A stretch of DNA of 64,000 nucleotides from assembly GCA_963715865.1 (NCBI GenBank), contig OY970280.1, forward strand, positions 1,216,001 to 1,280,000, in the 5' to 3' direction. Made by a program: the position numbers and the translations under genes. Position 1 is the first letter of the stretch. Every line of letters begins with the position of its first letter. Shown here in pieces: positions 40,623 through 50,490 of the stretch. The notes below the pieces were generated by a model. The model searched no databases and was not told the DNA's origin. It was given only the letters and a program-made list of their open reading frames with translations. Origin of the DNA: Candidatus Bathyarchaeota archaeon (GTDB lineage Archaea; Thermoproteota; Bathyarchaeia; Bathyarchaeales; Bathycorpusculaceae).

Positions 40623-41558
40623 GTGAGCAGAGTGAGAGCTAGCACAAGAGTGGCTTTAGCGTTAATAGTTTTTTTATTCTTGAATGTTGGGTTGGTGTAT
40701 GGTTGGAGCAACGGAGGCTATTCCACTGATCCATCCAATCCTAAGTATGGAACGCATGATTGGATAGCTCAACATGCACTAGATTGGTTGCCTACCCAAG
40801 AAAAACAATACATACAAGACAATCTTGCAGTTTACCTTTACGGAACAGAGCTGCCGGATAATGGGGGCGCTTCAGACGGCATTGGTGATACCACAAAACA
40901 CCATGTTTACTATTCAGCCTCTGGAGATGTAACGGATGATGCTTCAGCACAGAGAGCAAAAACGGAATACAATATAGCGTTAAACTATCTAAAGGCTCAA
41001 GATTATGCTGATGCTGCAAAAACGGCAGGAACAATGACTCACTACATTGCTGATTTAGCTGTTTTTGGGCATGTTATGGGTTCATCAACCCCATGGGGGA
41101 GTGAAATACATCATAGCGATTATGAGGATTATGTTGATGCTAGGACCACAAGCTACTCAGGCAGCTTTAATACTTACCTATCGTTTGATGGCAGCCTCTC
41201 TAGCGTATCAGCATATGATGCTGCCATAAACCTAGCTTATGACACAACCTTTGGCGGAAGCAGTCATTTAACATGCGTATGGATGGATAACAATTACAAT
41301 TGGAACAATCCAACGTTTGCTAACAGATGCGGAGAATCACTGAACTTAGCAGTCAACGCTATAACTGATGTGCTACATACCTTATATCAGGAAGCAGCAG
41401 CCTCTTCACCGACCTCATCGCCTAGCCCAAGCTCAACGCCCAGTCTAAATCCAACACCAACAATTCCAGAGTTTCCTTTAGAAATAGTAGTTGCATTAGC
41501 CATTACAACAGCAACTTTGAGCACGCTTGTTTTGAAGCTTAAACGCCTTTCTAGGTGA
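40623..41558 (+). CDS. Secreted Zn-dependent phospholipase C/P1-nuclease-fold protein with PEF-CTERM-like tail
   Basis: Mature N-terminus WSNGG, GTHDW, LPD, KHH, HYIAD, GH, HHSDYE; S/P/T linker; IPEF + TM + basic tail. Confidence 0.8.
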   Translation: MSRVRASTRVALALIVFLFLNVGLVYGWSNGGYSTDPSNPKYGTHDWIAQHALDWLPTQEKQYIQDNLAVYLYGTELPDNGGASDGIGDTTKHHVYYSASGDVTDDASAQRAKTEYNIALNYLKAQDYADAAKTAGTMTHYIADLAVFGHVMGSSTPWGSEIHHSDYEDYVDARTTSYSGSFNTYLSFDGSLSSVSAYDAAINLAYDTTFGGSSHLTCVWMDNNYNWNNPTFANRCGESLNLAVNAITDVLHTLYQEAAASSPTSSPSPSSTPSLNPTPTIPEFPLEIVVALAITTATLSTLVLKLKRLSR

Positions 41559-41587
41559 ATTATAGGCCCAGTCATAGTTTTGCCAGT

Positions 41588-42451
41588 TTAGGTGAATTCT
41601 TTTCTTTCGAAGAGTATTAGCCCTGCGATTGCGGTTATGATGAAGTATATTCCTATGATTGCAAGTCCTTCCGGGACCGCCACGTTGTACGTGGTAAAAA
41701 CAGGTCCACTGCCACTTGGATCAATGTGGCCCACAGAAGTGGGCGGCGGATATGGTACTCTCAATACGTTTCCTATTATTTGCCCTCCGTAAGTTAGGAT
41801 AAACCAAGGCTCAATCTGGGCAAAGTTGGCAACGAAAAGCTGAATTATGTTGAACGCAAAGAGGAATAGGATGGCAGTTACGAGAATGGACATGGAACTG
41901 CTTTTGAACAGCGAACTGAAGAAGAACGTGAAGCCTAGAACTGCCATGAGATAGAACCATGCGAAAAGCAAAGACAGCCCGAATTCAGAGGGCACGCTTG
42001 GGAAGTAGTATAATCCGTTGCCGACCGTGATCGCCGCGAATACGCCTAGTATGATTGTAGATGCGATGAGAGCTGACAACCACTTCCCTATGTATATAGA
42101 CGACCTTCGGATAGGGTTAGGAATTCCGAAGTAACCTGTCTTGTTCTGAAATTCCCCAGAAATGGCATCGCCGCCAAAGAAAATTCCGGAAAGCACGATC
42201 ACGTAAGTCGCTATGTTTCCCCACCAACCCGAATAAAACGACAAATCAGTTGCAAGAAAACTTGCTGGGCGATAGTACCCAACCACGAAAGTGAGGATGG
42301 CACTGATTACGATTGCTATAGTTAGCATTATGTAGAATCTGCGTGATCTTATATAATCAAGAAGAGTGTATTTCATAGTAATGCCGACTTGCACCATGCT
42401 GCCTGGCACATTGTTTCCATATGCAATTTTTGTTTCGTTCATGTTTATCAA
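41588..42451 (-). CDS. ABC-2 type exporter permease
   Basis: GDAISGEFQNKTG, PIRRSSIYIGKW, FERKEF. Confidence 0.88.
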   Translation of the reverse strand: MINMNETKIAYGNNVPGSMVQVGITMKYTLLDYIRSRRFYIMLTIAIVISAILTFVVGYYRPASFLATDLSFYSGWWGNIATYVIVLSGIFFGGDAISGEFQNKTGYFGIPNPIRRSSIYIGKWLSALIASTIILGVFAAITVGNGLYYFPSVPSEFGLSLLFAWFYLMAVLGFTFFFSSLFKSSSMSILVTAILFLFAFNIIQLFVANFAQIEPWFILTYGGQIIGNVLRVPYPPPTSVGHIDPSGSGPVFTTYNVAVPEGLAIIGIYFIITAIAGLILFERKEFT

Positions 42452-43389
42452 ATCGTACTTTTTACAAGACTCAAATACGCCTCTTCGAGGGCCGATGAGG
42501 CTGGTCTGTAGCTGACTATTCCGATTTTCATTTTCACCAAATCACCGAGAATTCTTTCTTGAGCATCTAAGCCTCCAGTGAAGTTAATCCTGAAGGTCGC
42601 ACCGTCACTTTTTTCAGCCTTGTCGATGCCGGGGATATTCGTGACTATCTTTTCTATCAACTCTGCATCAACGGCGTTTCGCAGTTCAACCTCAACCACG
42701 TTTTCTCCGCCCGAAACCTTCGCAGTCACATTGGAAAGCGTGTCGTAAATGATTAGTTTACCATGGTCTATAATGGCAACCTCGTCGCAGACATCCGAAA
42801 CCTCGCTAAGCAAGTGGCTACTCATGAAAATCAGCCTCTTTTTGTTCTTCAGGGATTTTATAATGTCTCTGACTTCGCTCATTCCGCGAGGGTCAAGCCC
42901 TGTGGAAGGCTCATCCAAGAGAACAACAGAAGGGTCACTGAGCAAGACAGAGGCGACACAGATTCTCTGTTTCATTCCCTTGGAGAACTTGCCTACGCGC
43001 TTATCGATCCATTCATCCATTCGGACCTCAGAGACAGCCTCTTCTATTCGCTTGTTCCGCTCATCCTTAGGCACTCCTCGAATCTCAGCAATCATCATCA
43101 GTGCTTCTCGGGGCGTTAGCGCAGGATAAATCTCAGGCATTTCAATAAGCGCGCCCACAGAATCGAGCGCCTTTTTCTTATTCGTGTGTACGTTTACACC
43201 ATTTATCAGAGCCTCTCCTGAGAAAGGCCTAATCAGGTCTGTAAACAACTTGAGCGTAGTTGTCTTTCCCGCGCCGTTTGGACCTAAGAAACCGACGCAT
43301 TTTGCGCCCTCTATCTTGAGATTCAAATTAGAGAGAGCTGCAAAAGATCCGTATTGTTTCGAGAGGTTGACTGCTTCAATCGATGGCAT
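42448..43389 (-). CDS. ABC-2 type exporter ATP-binding protein
   Basis: GPNGAGKT, FSKGMKQR, LLDEP, SSHLL. Confidence 0.92.
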   Translation of the reverse strand: MPSIEAVNLSKQYGSFAALSNLNLKIEGAKCVGFLGPNGAGKTTTLKLFTDLIRPFSGEALINGVNVHTNKKKALDSVGALIEMPEIYPALTPREALMMIAEIRGVPKDERNKRIEEAVSEVRMDEWIDKRVGKFSKGMKQRICVASVLLSDPSVVLLDEPSTGLDPRGMSEVRDIIKSLKNKKRLIFMSSHLLSEVSDVCDEVAIIDHGKLIIYDTLSNVTAKVSGGENVVEVELRNAVDAELIEKIVTNIPGIDKAEKSDGATFRINFTGGLDAQERILGDLVKMKIGIVSYRPASSALEEAYLSLVKSTI

Positions 43390-43480
43390 CCTAATCGCTT
43401 CTGCCTATAGCGCGAATGCGTAACTTAAAAGGCGAACTCATTCGGAGGGAGTTAAACCCACAATGAGAAACACAACAGAT

Positions 43481-43777
43481 TCAGGTCCTCAGGCGTAATC
43501 TTGGAAACTTGAGCTGCCCAACGTACTTCATAATCCAACTTACCAATTCGTCATAGGCTTCGGCACCTGCTTTCGTCAAAATAACTAAGCCGTTCTCGTC
43601 CACAACAACAAAGCCCTTCTCTGACATCCAAGCCAAATACTTAACCAGTTTATCATAAGCCAAGCCAGTAGAAGTTGCAAGCGCGGTTTTGTTCATCCTG
43701 CTTTTTTCCTTGAGCGCCTTGATGATTCGGGCGATGACGTAGAGGTCAGGTTTGGAACTCTGCTTTCCTAAGTTCAA
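43481..43777 (-). CDS. Winged-helix DNA-binding protein
   Basis: MNKTALATSTGLAYDKLVKYL...LTKAG. Confidence 0.8.
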   Translation of the reverse strand: MNLGKQSSKPDLYVIARIIKALKEKSRMNKTALATSTGLAYDKLVKYLAWMSEKGFVVVDENGLVILTKAGAEAYDELVSWIMKYVGQLKFPRLRLRT

Positions 43778-44474
43778 GGCTAAACCACCGCAGCTCCCAA
43801 AGGAGTTTATCTAATGCTCGAATTTCGTTATAACGTCTCGAAAGATCATTCCTTAAGATCAGGTAAACTATCAAAAGCGAAAGCAGACCCCAAATTAAGC
43901 CACCAAATAAGCCAGCTTGGTGCAGAATGATAAAAGTGATAAGATTACCGAGAAGCCCTACTGCAAAGACCGCTATGATCCAGTAAGCAGCTGTTTTTAA
44001 CAGTCCATACAAGGCATAGCCGACTCTTCCTGCTGAAATTTCATCAAACGTCTTATCCCAATCCATTTCCAACAACATTTTTAATGCGGACGGAAATCCA
44101 AGCGAAAGTTCGTCTTTCCACTCTCCTGTCTTGATTGAGTTTACTCTTCTTCTAATGAAGAGGACACCTGCTGTGATTCCAGTAATTGGAACAAGCAGAA
44201 GAAGAACTGCCGCTAGAAAAATTTGAGGCTTATCAAGTGTTACCACCTGATTTAAGAAACCCAATGATGCGCCAAGTGCAAGGAAAACTGCAATGGAGCC
44301 AACAACGATGAAGGCAAATCTCTTAAAAGACCTAGCTAGAGCGTTATATTTCTTGACGTGATCAAGAGTCTCCATTAGCTCTGCGACTTTTGCGACTACG
44401 TTTTCCTCGGTCATCACTGCATCTTTTATGTCGTCCTTAACTTTAGGTTGAGTCATTGAGATCTTTGTGTCCAC
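43746..44474 (-). CDS. Hypothetical four-TM membrane protein
   Basis: Four hydrophobic segments; 3' end overlaps the start of the wHTH gene. Confidence 0.75.
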   Translation of the reverse strand: MDTKISMTQPKVKDDIKDAVMTEENVVAKVAELMETLDHVKKYNALARSFKRFAFIVVGSIAVFLALGASLGFLNQVVTLDKPQIFLAAVLLLLVPITGITAGVLFIRRRVNSIKTGEWKDELSLGFPSALKMLLEMDWDKTFDEISAGRVGYALYGLLKTAAYWIIAVFAVGLLGNLITFIILHQAGLFGGLIWGLLSLLIVYLILRNDLSRRYNEIRALDKLLWELRWFSLELRKAEFQT

Positions 44475-44585
44475 TTGACTGAAGTGGCATATTTAAGGCT
44501 AGATATAAAGTGAACTCCCTCCGAATGAGTAAAAAATACTTATAGGTTCCCTGCTAAATAAATTGAAATAATAGGAGAGATAGTT

Positions 44586-44918
44586 TTGGAATCAGGTTAC
44601 ATGAAGATTGCTGAGAAATCAGAGATCCCAATTGGAAAAATGAAAAAAGTAGTATCTCAAGGCAAAGAAATTTTGATAGCAAACGTAAACGGAAGCTTCT
44701 ATGCAATAGGCAATATATGCACTCATTCAGGCGGAGACCTTTCAAAAGGCACATTGGAAGGCAACATTGTCACTTGTCCAAAGCACAAATCAAAATTCGA
44801 TGTCACAACAGGCAAAGTCGTTTCCCCTCCGAAAATGGGGCTATTCCATCCTAAGATACAAGACGAACAATCTTACATCGTGAAAATCGAAAACGATGAC
44901 ATATTAATCAAAATATAG
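44586..44918 (+). CDS. Rieske-type [2Fe-2S] ferredoxin
   Basis: CTH...CPKH ligands; AGGAG upstream of TTG. Confidence 0.9.
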   Translation: MESGYMKIAEKSEIPIGKMKKVVSQGKEILIANVNGSFYAIGNICTHSGGDLSKGTLEGNIVTCPKHKSKFDVTTGKVVSPPKMGLFHPKIQDEQSYIVKIENDDILIKI

Positions 44919-44954
44919 TAAGATTTTCAGAATCTCATTTTTTAAAAAAAGTTG

Positions 44955-45129
44955 TGGTGGGGCCGGCCGGATTTGAACCGACGACCTCTACCCAGAAACA
45001 GCGCAAAGCCGTTCCTTACGGGTTTCTCTAGACCGCTCCAGAAATTCGTCATTCCCCGAGCGGGGTCAGCAAACCCGTTTGTGTTTGCTTTCTGGAGCCC
45101 GTCGTCATACCTGCCTAGACTACGACCCC
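44955..45129 (-). tRNA. tRNA-Trp(CCA) with two introns (37/38: 45024-45091; 43/44: 44988-45017), CCA encoded
   Basis: Hand-folded 77-nt cloverleaf GGGGTCG...ACGGG CTCCAGA CCCGT AGGTC GTCGG TTCAAAT CCGGC CGGCCCC ACCA after removing both introns. Confidence 0.92.
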
Positions 45130-45295
45130 ACCTCTAGGCACGAGGCAATTAAGTGAACCTGCATCAATAAAAATTTATTCGTTGCTTGAGGAACACTTGC
45201 TTCGAAGAGATTTCCATTTCTAAGATTCTCGGTTCGTTCGATAATCCTAAGTGTAAAAAGCGAAAGGTTAATGAAGGAAAGTTAACGTGTATTGA

Positions 45296-45421
45296 TGGGT
45301 TTGCCGGTCAAAGGGCACGGGTTCCACCTGATCCCATACCGAACTCAGAAGTTAAACCGTGTTCCGTTTCCAGCTGTAGTGTGGTCTTAGGCCACGTGAA
45401 CCTGGGAAAGCTGGTAGCCCA
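45296..45421 (+). rRNA. rrf: 5S rRNA (stand-alone)
   Basis: CACCTGATCCCATACCGAACTCAGAAGTTAAA loop C motif; terminal helix GGGTTTGCCGG/CTGGTAGCCC. Confidence 0.93.
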
Positions 45422-45499
45422 CTTAAAAAATAAAAATGCAGGTAGATTTGGCATAGCTTTATAACTGACTGTTAATAGTTTTTTGGGAGTGGTGGAAAA

Positions 45500-46603
45500 T
45501 TGAGTCTTATTACAGGGAGCGATGCGATTACACAGGTATTGAGTCTGCTTACATACGTATTCTTCATAGTTTTAATTTTCTACGGTCAAAGAATCCAAAT
45601 GTACGTTATGATACGGGAAGTAGAGAACTCCCTTCGTAAATTAAAGTACATAAAAGAGGAAGGGCGAAAAAACGCCATAGACGCCATAAAAGAAATTGGC
45701 AAACCAACAACTGACCCTTCAGCTCGTGTTGACCGCTATTTAGAATATTTCACGATCAGTCCACAAAGCATGGATCCAGCAGGCATCGTTTACAAGCTTG
45801 ATCATATACTTGATGTGAGAGATACACGGTTGAAAGATGAAGTTAAACTGATGGCGCCAGCAAGCGATGAAGTCCAAGTGAACAATTTAGAAAACACTTT
45901 GGAAGCTGCCATGGCGTTAAACTTCATCTACAAAGTGGTAAGGCACTTTTACATTCAAGGCAAAAAAACCCTAAGCCTATACGTCATAATGCAGATACAA
46001 ATGATCTTGCCCATGGTTATGAAAGAAGCCGAAGCATATGCCAGCGCACTAAAAGCATTCGCGTATGGGCAACCAATCGGTGATGGCGCAGGAGCATTAG
46101 TAGCTGCAAAACTAATGCACGGCTACGAACTCCGCAAACTGCCAAAAGACTGCGTCATGGCTACGGTCCAGATTGAAGGACGCACTGCCTTAATCATAAA
46201 GGCTGAGGGTCCAGGCGGCAATGTTGGCAAACCAGGCGACGCTGTTGAAGCTGTCATCGAGGAAAATGAGGGTAAAATTGCTAACGTTATAATGATTGAT
46301 GCTGGCTTGAAGCTTGAAGGCGAGCTAGTCGGCGAAGTTGCAGAAGGCATCGGTGCAGCAATCGGTGGACCAGGTGTGGACCAGTACAAGATTGAAGAGA
46401 AACTAACAAAATATCATATTCCAATAAACGCTGTCATAGTCAAAGAAGACATCGGGGACGCTGTTTCACCCATGCGCAAAGAAATCAACGATTCAGTCGA
46501 CAAAGTCATTGAACGCGTCAAAGCGGTCATCTTAGAGCGAACCAAAGAAGGCGACAAAATCATAATCGTCGGCGTCGGCAACTCCATCGGAGTCGGACAA
46601 TAG
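45500..46603 (+). CDS. DUF1512 family protein (N-terminal TM; C-terminal domain resembles YyaC/GPR/HybD-type proteases)
   Basis: MDPAGIV, PIGDGAG, IDAGLKLEGE, VGVGNSIGV. Confidence 0.8.
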   Translation: MSLITGSDAITQVLSLLTYVFFIVLIFYGQRIQMYVMIREVENSLRKLKYIKEEGRKNAIDAIKEIGKPTTDPSARVDRYLEYFTISPQSMDPAGIVYKLDHILDVRDTRLKDEVKLMAPASDEVQVNNLENTLEAAMALNFIYKVVRHFYIQGKKTLSLYVIMQIQMILPMVMKEAEAYASALKAFAYGQPIGDGAGALVAAKLMHGYELRKLPKDCVMATVQIEGRTALIIKAEGPGGNVGKPGDAVEAVIEENEGKIANVIMIDAGLKLEGELVGEVAEGIGAAIGGPGVDQYKIEEKLTKYHIPINAVIVKEDIGDAVSPMRKEINDSVDKVIERVKAVILERTKEGDKIIIVGVGNSIGVGQ

Positions 46604-46616
46604 GAGGATGAAAAAA

Positions 46617-47033
46617 ATGGCGCAAAATCAAACATCACCCGCAACCAAAAGAATCTCAACCTACCTCATGATGATAGTTTTAATTGTCCTAGCGCTTTCC
46701 ATAGCGGCTCTAATATTAGCGGTTAACACCTACTTAATAGGAGACGACTTAACCGCTGGATTCCTAGCAATCATTGGTTTAATCGCTATGACCATGTCAA
46801 TATTCACGCTCTACCAATCACGAAGGCAAGCAACAGAAATGAAAATTGAAATACCCAAAGTAATGACCACTATCGAGTGCAAGAAGTGCGGTACCAAAAC
46901 CGTGCGAGAATACCAACGGGGCGACTACGTCTATAAAGAGCTTGATGCATGCCCAAAATGCCCCGACACAAAACAGATAATCACTGCAATATACAAGGAA
47001 GTTAAAGAGAAAGAAAAAACATACAATGTCTAA
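46617..47033 (+). CDS. Two-TM protein with C-terminal Zn ribbon
   Basis: Two TM helices, then CKKC...CPKC; GGAGG 9 nt upstream of the ATG at 46617. Confidence 0.8.
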   Translation: MAQNQTSPATKRISTYLMMIVLIVLALSIAALILAVNTYLIGDDLTAGFLAIIGLIAMTMSIFTLYQSRRQATEMKIEIPKVMTTIECKKCGTKTVREYQRGDYVYKELDACPKCPDTKQIITAIYKEVKEKEKTYNV

Positions 47034-47932
47034 GTTAAAACTTCACAGCCATCATCTTTTATCAGCACCGTGTGCTCAGCCTGGGCAACGGGTTTTTTGC
47101 TTACTTCAACGAATACTGGATAACCCATGATCGCTTTTGACACAAGTAATTCCTTGAACGCGGAAGGATACTGCTCTTTGGGAACCACTCCGTTTAGCCA
47201 TCGTTCAGCAAAAGGCAACGTTCTAAAATTAGCCTCAATGTACTTGAGTAACCTTTTAGCGTATTCATTTTTTACAGATTTTGCTTTGAGTAAGCGGTAA
47301 ATGGTTGTTTGCGGGCTATCATCGACGCGGCCAACTGCATCAGGCAATGTAACGAATGGTTCTATGGCGTAGACTTCGCCGGTTTTTACTTTAGTAAGAG
47401 ATACTTGAGCCACGTTAGGGATAGATGTTCCCGCATGAATCAGGTACCTTCCAACCGAGTGCCCAGTCAGGTTTGAGATGGGTTTGAAGCCCCGGTTTTT
47501 TATGGTAGTCTCTATTAAGCCGCCGATTTTGCCCAGCGCCATGTCGCCATGTATGTTTTCTATTGCTGTTTTCAAAGCTTGTTCAGCAGTGTTTGCCATG
47601 CTTCTGCCTTCCGGATTAAAAGAAGCCGTGAATGCGGTGTCGGTTACATAGCCATCCACTTGGACGCCTAGGTCCACTTTGACCGTGGAGCCTTCCGGTA
47701 TCGTTAGCGTATCGTTGGGTGGTGAAGTATAGTGCGCGGCTACCTCGTTGATGCTGACGTTGCAGGGGAAGGCTGGTTTGCCTCCTTTAGCTCGGATTAA
47801 TCCTTCAACTTTCTCGCAGACATCGATGATTAGCATGTTTTCACGTACATGCGTTTTCATTTCTTCTCTTGTTTCACGAAGTATTCGTCCTGATAAACGG
47901 AATTTTTCAAGTTCTTCTTTGTCGTATGGCAT
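47030..47932 (-). CDS. map: Methionine aminopeptidase type II
   Basis: AFPCNVS, AAHYT, DG..DTA, LTGH, AIEPF, QAEHT. Confidence 0.96.
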   Translation of the reverse strand: MPYDKEELEKFRLSGRILRETREEMKTHVRENMLIIDVCEKVEGLIRAKGGKPAFPCNVSINEVAAHYTSPPNDTLTIPEGSTVKVDLGVQVDGYVTDTAFTASFNPEGRSMANTAEQALKTAIENIHGDMALGKIGGLIETTIKNRGFKPISNLTGHSVGRYLIHAGTSIPNVAQVSLTKVKTGEVYAIEPFVTLPDAVGRVDDSPQTTIYRLLKAKSVKNEYAKRLLKYIEANFRTLPFAERWLNGVVPKEQYPSAFKELLVSKAIMGYPVFVEVSKKPVAQAEHTVLIKDDGCEVLT

Positions 47933-48041
47933 TGCGTTTCACTTTGCTGTTAAGTTGGATTATTGTGTTGGATGCTTAAATGCGTAACCTACGCTACGTA
48001 GTAGCATATCAAAAAATAGACCTCTACCGCTCTATGTCTCT

Positions 48042-48602
48042 TTAGGGTTTGTAGATTTTTGGGTCAAGCAATGCAAAGTTGTTGCCGCCCGCATGGTAGA
48101 GCATCCGCGCCTTTTTCAGGTCGTAGCTTTCGGTGAAGACGCCTTGGTCTGCGTAAGCTTCAAGTATTTTGCCCACGAAAACCGTGTGGTCGCCTGTTGT
48201 AAATTTGCTGTCTACTTTGCATTCTAAATGGGCTATGCATTCGCGTATTGCTGGCGCCTTGACTTTTTTGGCTGGCATGGGTGTTAGGTTTGCTTTTTTG
48301 AATTTGTCAAAGCTTCTGCCCGTAAATGAACCGCAGGCGTAGACGGATTGCAGTAACTCCAGTGTTGGAATGTTCACTATGAACTCTCCTGACTCCTCAA
48401 TTAGCGTGTGTGAGTGGCATTTTGGTGAGAGGCTGATGGCTAACAGTGGCGGGTCAATGGATGTTGGCATTGCCCATGCGAGGGTTGTGATGTTTGGTTT
48501 GGCCGCTTTTCCAATGCATGAGACGAGGACTGTGTGCATTGGGTGCAGTAGCCTATAGGCTGAGGTAATGTTTACTTGGATTTTTGCGGACACATAAATC
48601 AC
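48042..48602 (-). CDS. Flavin reductase-like FMN-binding protein
   Basis: NITTLAWAMP, GEFIVN, HLEC, GDHTVFVG. Confidence 0.9.
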   Translation of the reverse strand: MIYVSAKIQVNITSAYRLLHPMHTVLVSCIGKAAKPNITTLAWAMPTSIDPPLLAISLSPKCHSHTLIEESGEFIVNIPTLELLQSVYACGSFTGRSFDKFKKANLTPMPAKKVKAPAIRECIAHLECKVDSKFTTGDHTVFVGKILEAYADQGVFTESYDLKKARMLYHAGGNNFALLDPKIYKP

Positions 48603-48639
48603 CTACGTAATAACGCCGATAACAACCACACGAACCATT

Positions 48640-48942
48640 CTACGCGCCTTTTTTGGCTTGCTTCTCACGTCTGTAAGCTTGAATCTCTTCTAAAACCTCT
48701 TCTTCAGTTAGCTTCTTCTTGCCCTTGTTCTGTTCGTCGATTTCCCTGAAAAGGTCTTTTAACTCCTCTCCCAAAGGCGGAACCTTGAGTTTCACCACCA
48801 CAAGCTTATCGTCCTTTCGGTAAACAACAAGCTTCGTGTTTGGAGTTATCATTAACTCTTTTCTAAGTCGCTGCGGAATAACTATCTGACCCTTAGTTCC
48901 CACCACAGCAATCTCAGGTTCTTCTTGCACTATTTTCCCCAT
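48640..48942 (-). CDS. AbrB/MazE/SpoVT-family DNA-binding protein
   Basis: VGTKGQIVIPQRLRKEL. Confidence 0.85.
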   Translation of the reverse strand: MGKIVQEEPEIAVVGTKGQIVIPQRLRKELMITPNTKLVVYRKDDKLVVVKLKVPPLGEELKDLFREIDEQNKGKKKLTEEEVLEEIQAYRREKQAKKGA

Positions 48943-49145
48943 AGTATAACTTTCATACCGACCGCACAAATAAAGTTTGCTCTCTCACATCCACAATTTG
49001 GTTACCTTAAAAGCCTTTTTCAATCATTTTTCTAAAAATTAACACTTTTCGAAAAAAAAATCTGTGTGTTTAACAGGTCTCGAGTTGTACTTAACTTTCT
49101 CTGATCTAAGAATAAATATTTAGTATTTGGCAGCTTATTGAAGTT

Positions 49146-50297
49146 TTACCGTTTTATGTGGTATTGTTCGATTACGTCTTTGGCTTTTTCTCTGCGTTCC
49201 CTGTGCTGCTCTAGGAACTTGTTGAGTTTGCCTACGAGGTCGGTTTTGCATTCGCCGCATAGCATTTCGCCTGATCGGCATTTGCGTTCGCGCTCAGCGA
49301 GTTTTGAATCATCTTCTTCAAACAGGTAGAAGTAGTATTGGAAGATGCTGCAGACTGCTGGGTCGGCGCCTGTTTTCCGCTGTTCCGCTGCCGTGCCTTT
49401 GCCGCCTGTGAAAGCGTTCCAAATCTTCTTTTTCACCACGTCCGGTGGGTCCATGGTGAATATGCTGGTTTCTGGCATGCTGGCGCTCATTTTTCCGCCT
49501 GCACCTAAACCGGGTAAGAAGCGGCAGTGGATTTGAGCTGGCTTGTAGTAACCGAGTTTTTGGGCTATGTCGCGAGTTACTCGCCAGTATGGGTCTTGGT
49601 CGATGGCGGCGGGGATAAGCGCTGGGACGTTTTCGCCTGTGAGTTTTTTATGGATGAAACATGGTGCGGCTTGGATGGCTGGCCAGAAGACCCAGCCGAT
49701 GTTGGTGCTGTCTTGGAAGCCAAAGCTGCTGCGTGCGGTGGAGTATGTGATGCGTTTGGCGACTTCTAATGTAATGTCGTAGAGAAGGTCTATGTCTTGG
49801 GTGTCGTAGATGATGAAGGTGTTTTCAGGTTTGAATCCCAAAGCTATGAGGTCTAGGGCGTTTTCGTACGCGTATTTGCTTGTTTCTTTAAGGTTGGCGT
49901 CGTCGTCTATGAGGAATTTTTCGTCGTCGGTTAGTTGGAAGTATAGTCGCGTATTGAATTTTTGTTGAATGTGAAGCGTAAAAATCCAAGGCACAAGATG
50001 CCCAATGTGGACTGGCCCAGATGGTCCTCTGCCAGTGTACAGGACGAATTTTATGCCTTTATCGTAGAGGTCAAGGACGGTGTCTAGGTCTCGGTGGCTG
50101 AAGAATATTTTTCTTTCAAGTTGAAGGTGTAGTTTTCCTGTGTGTTTTTCCACTTTCTCAATTAGTTGGGTGGTTAATGGTTGGGTTCCGAATTCGCGTA
50201 TTAAGCGCTCGTAGTCCACTTTGCCTTTTACTTCCCAGGGTGTGACTACCATTTCGTTGTTGTTTTCTTCAGCGTTTGATGAAGCCGTCTGTATCAC
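49146..50297 (-). CDS. trpS: Tryptophanyl-tRNA synthetase
   Basis: VTPWEV, YTGRGPS..HIGH, IDQDPYW, KMSAS; alternative ATG at 50252. Confidence 0.96.
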   Translation of the reverse strand: MIQTASSNAEENNNEMVVTPWEVKGKVDYERLIREFGTQPLTTQLIEKVEKHTGKLHLQLERKIFFSHRDLDTVLDLYDKGIKFVLYTGRGPSGPVHIGHLVPWIFTLHIQQKFNTRLYFQLTDDEKFLIDDDANLKETSKYAYENALDLIALGFKPENTFIIYDTQDIDLLYDITLEVAKRITYSTARSSFGFQDSTNIGWVFWPAIQAAPCFIHKKLTGENVPALIPAAIDQDPYWRVTRDIAQKLGYYKPAQIHCRFLPGLGAGGKMSASMPETSIFTMDPPDVVKKKIWNAFTGGKGTAAEQRKTGADPAVCSIFQYYFYLFEEDDSKLAERERKCRSGEMLCGECKTDLVGKLNKFLEQHRERREKAKDVIEQYHIKR

Positions 50298-50490
50298 CAG
50301 TGCCTTTACAAGAGATGCTATGACTTGTCATATATCTTTTTTCGCAAAAACTAACTATTCTGCTTTTGGTAACCTTTGTCTCCCAATCCTTTAGTTCATG
50401 AGAACTACACCACAGGTTCAGATAACCAAGCCACATAGCAATGCAATAGCTTTTTTAATGTTCATTTTTAATCTTATCCGCGGTGCGCGC

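Noticed and set aside
45296-45421. 5S rRNA unlinked from 16S/23S as a novelty
   Set aside because: This is common in TACK archaea.
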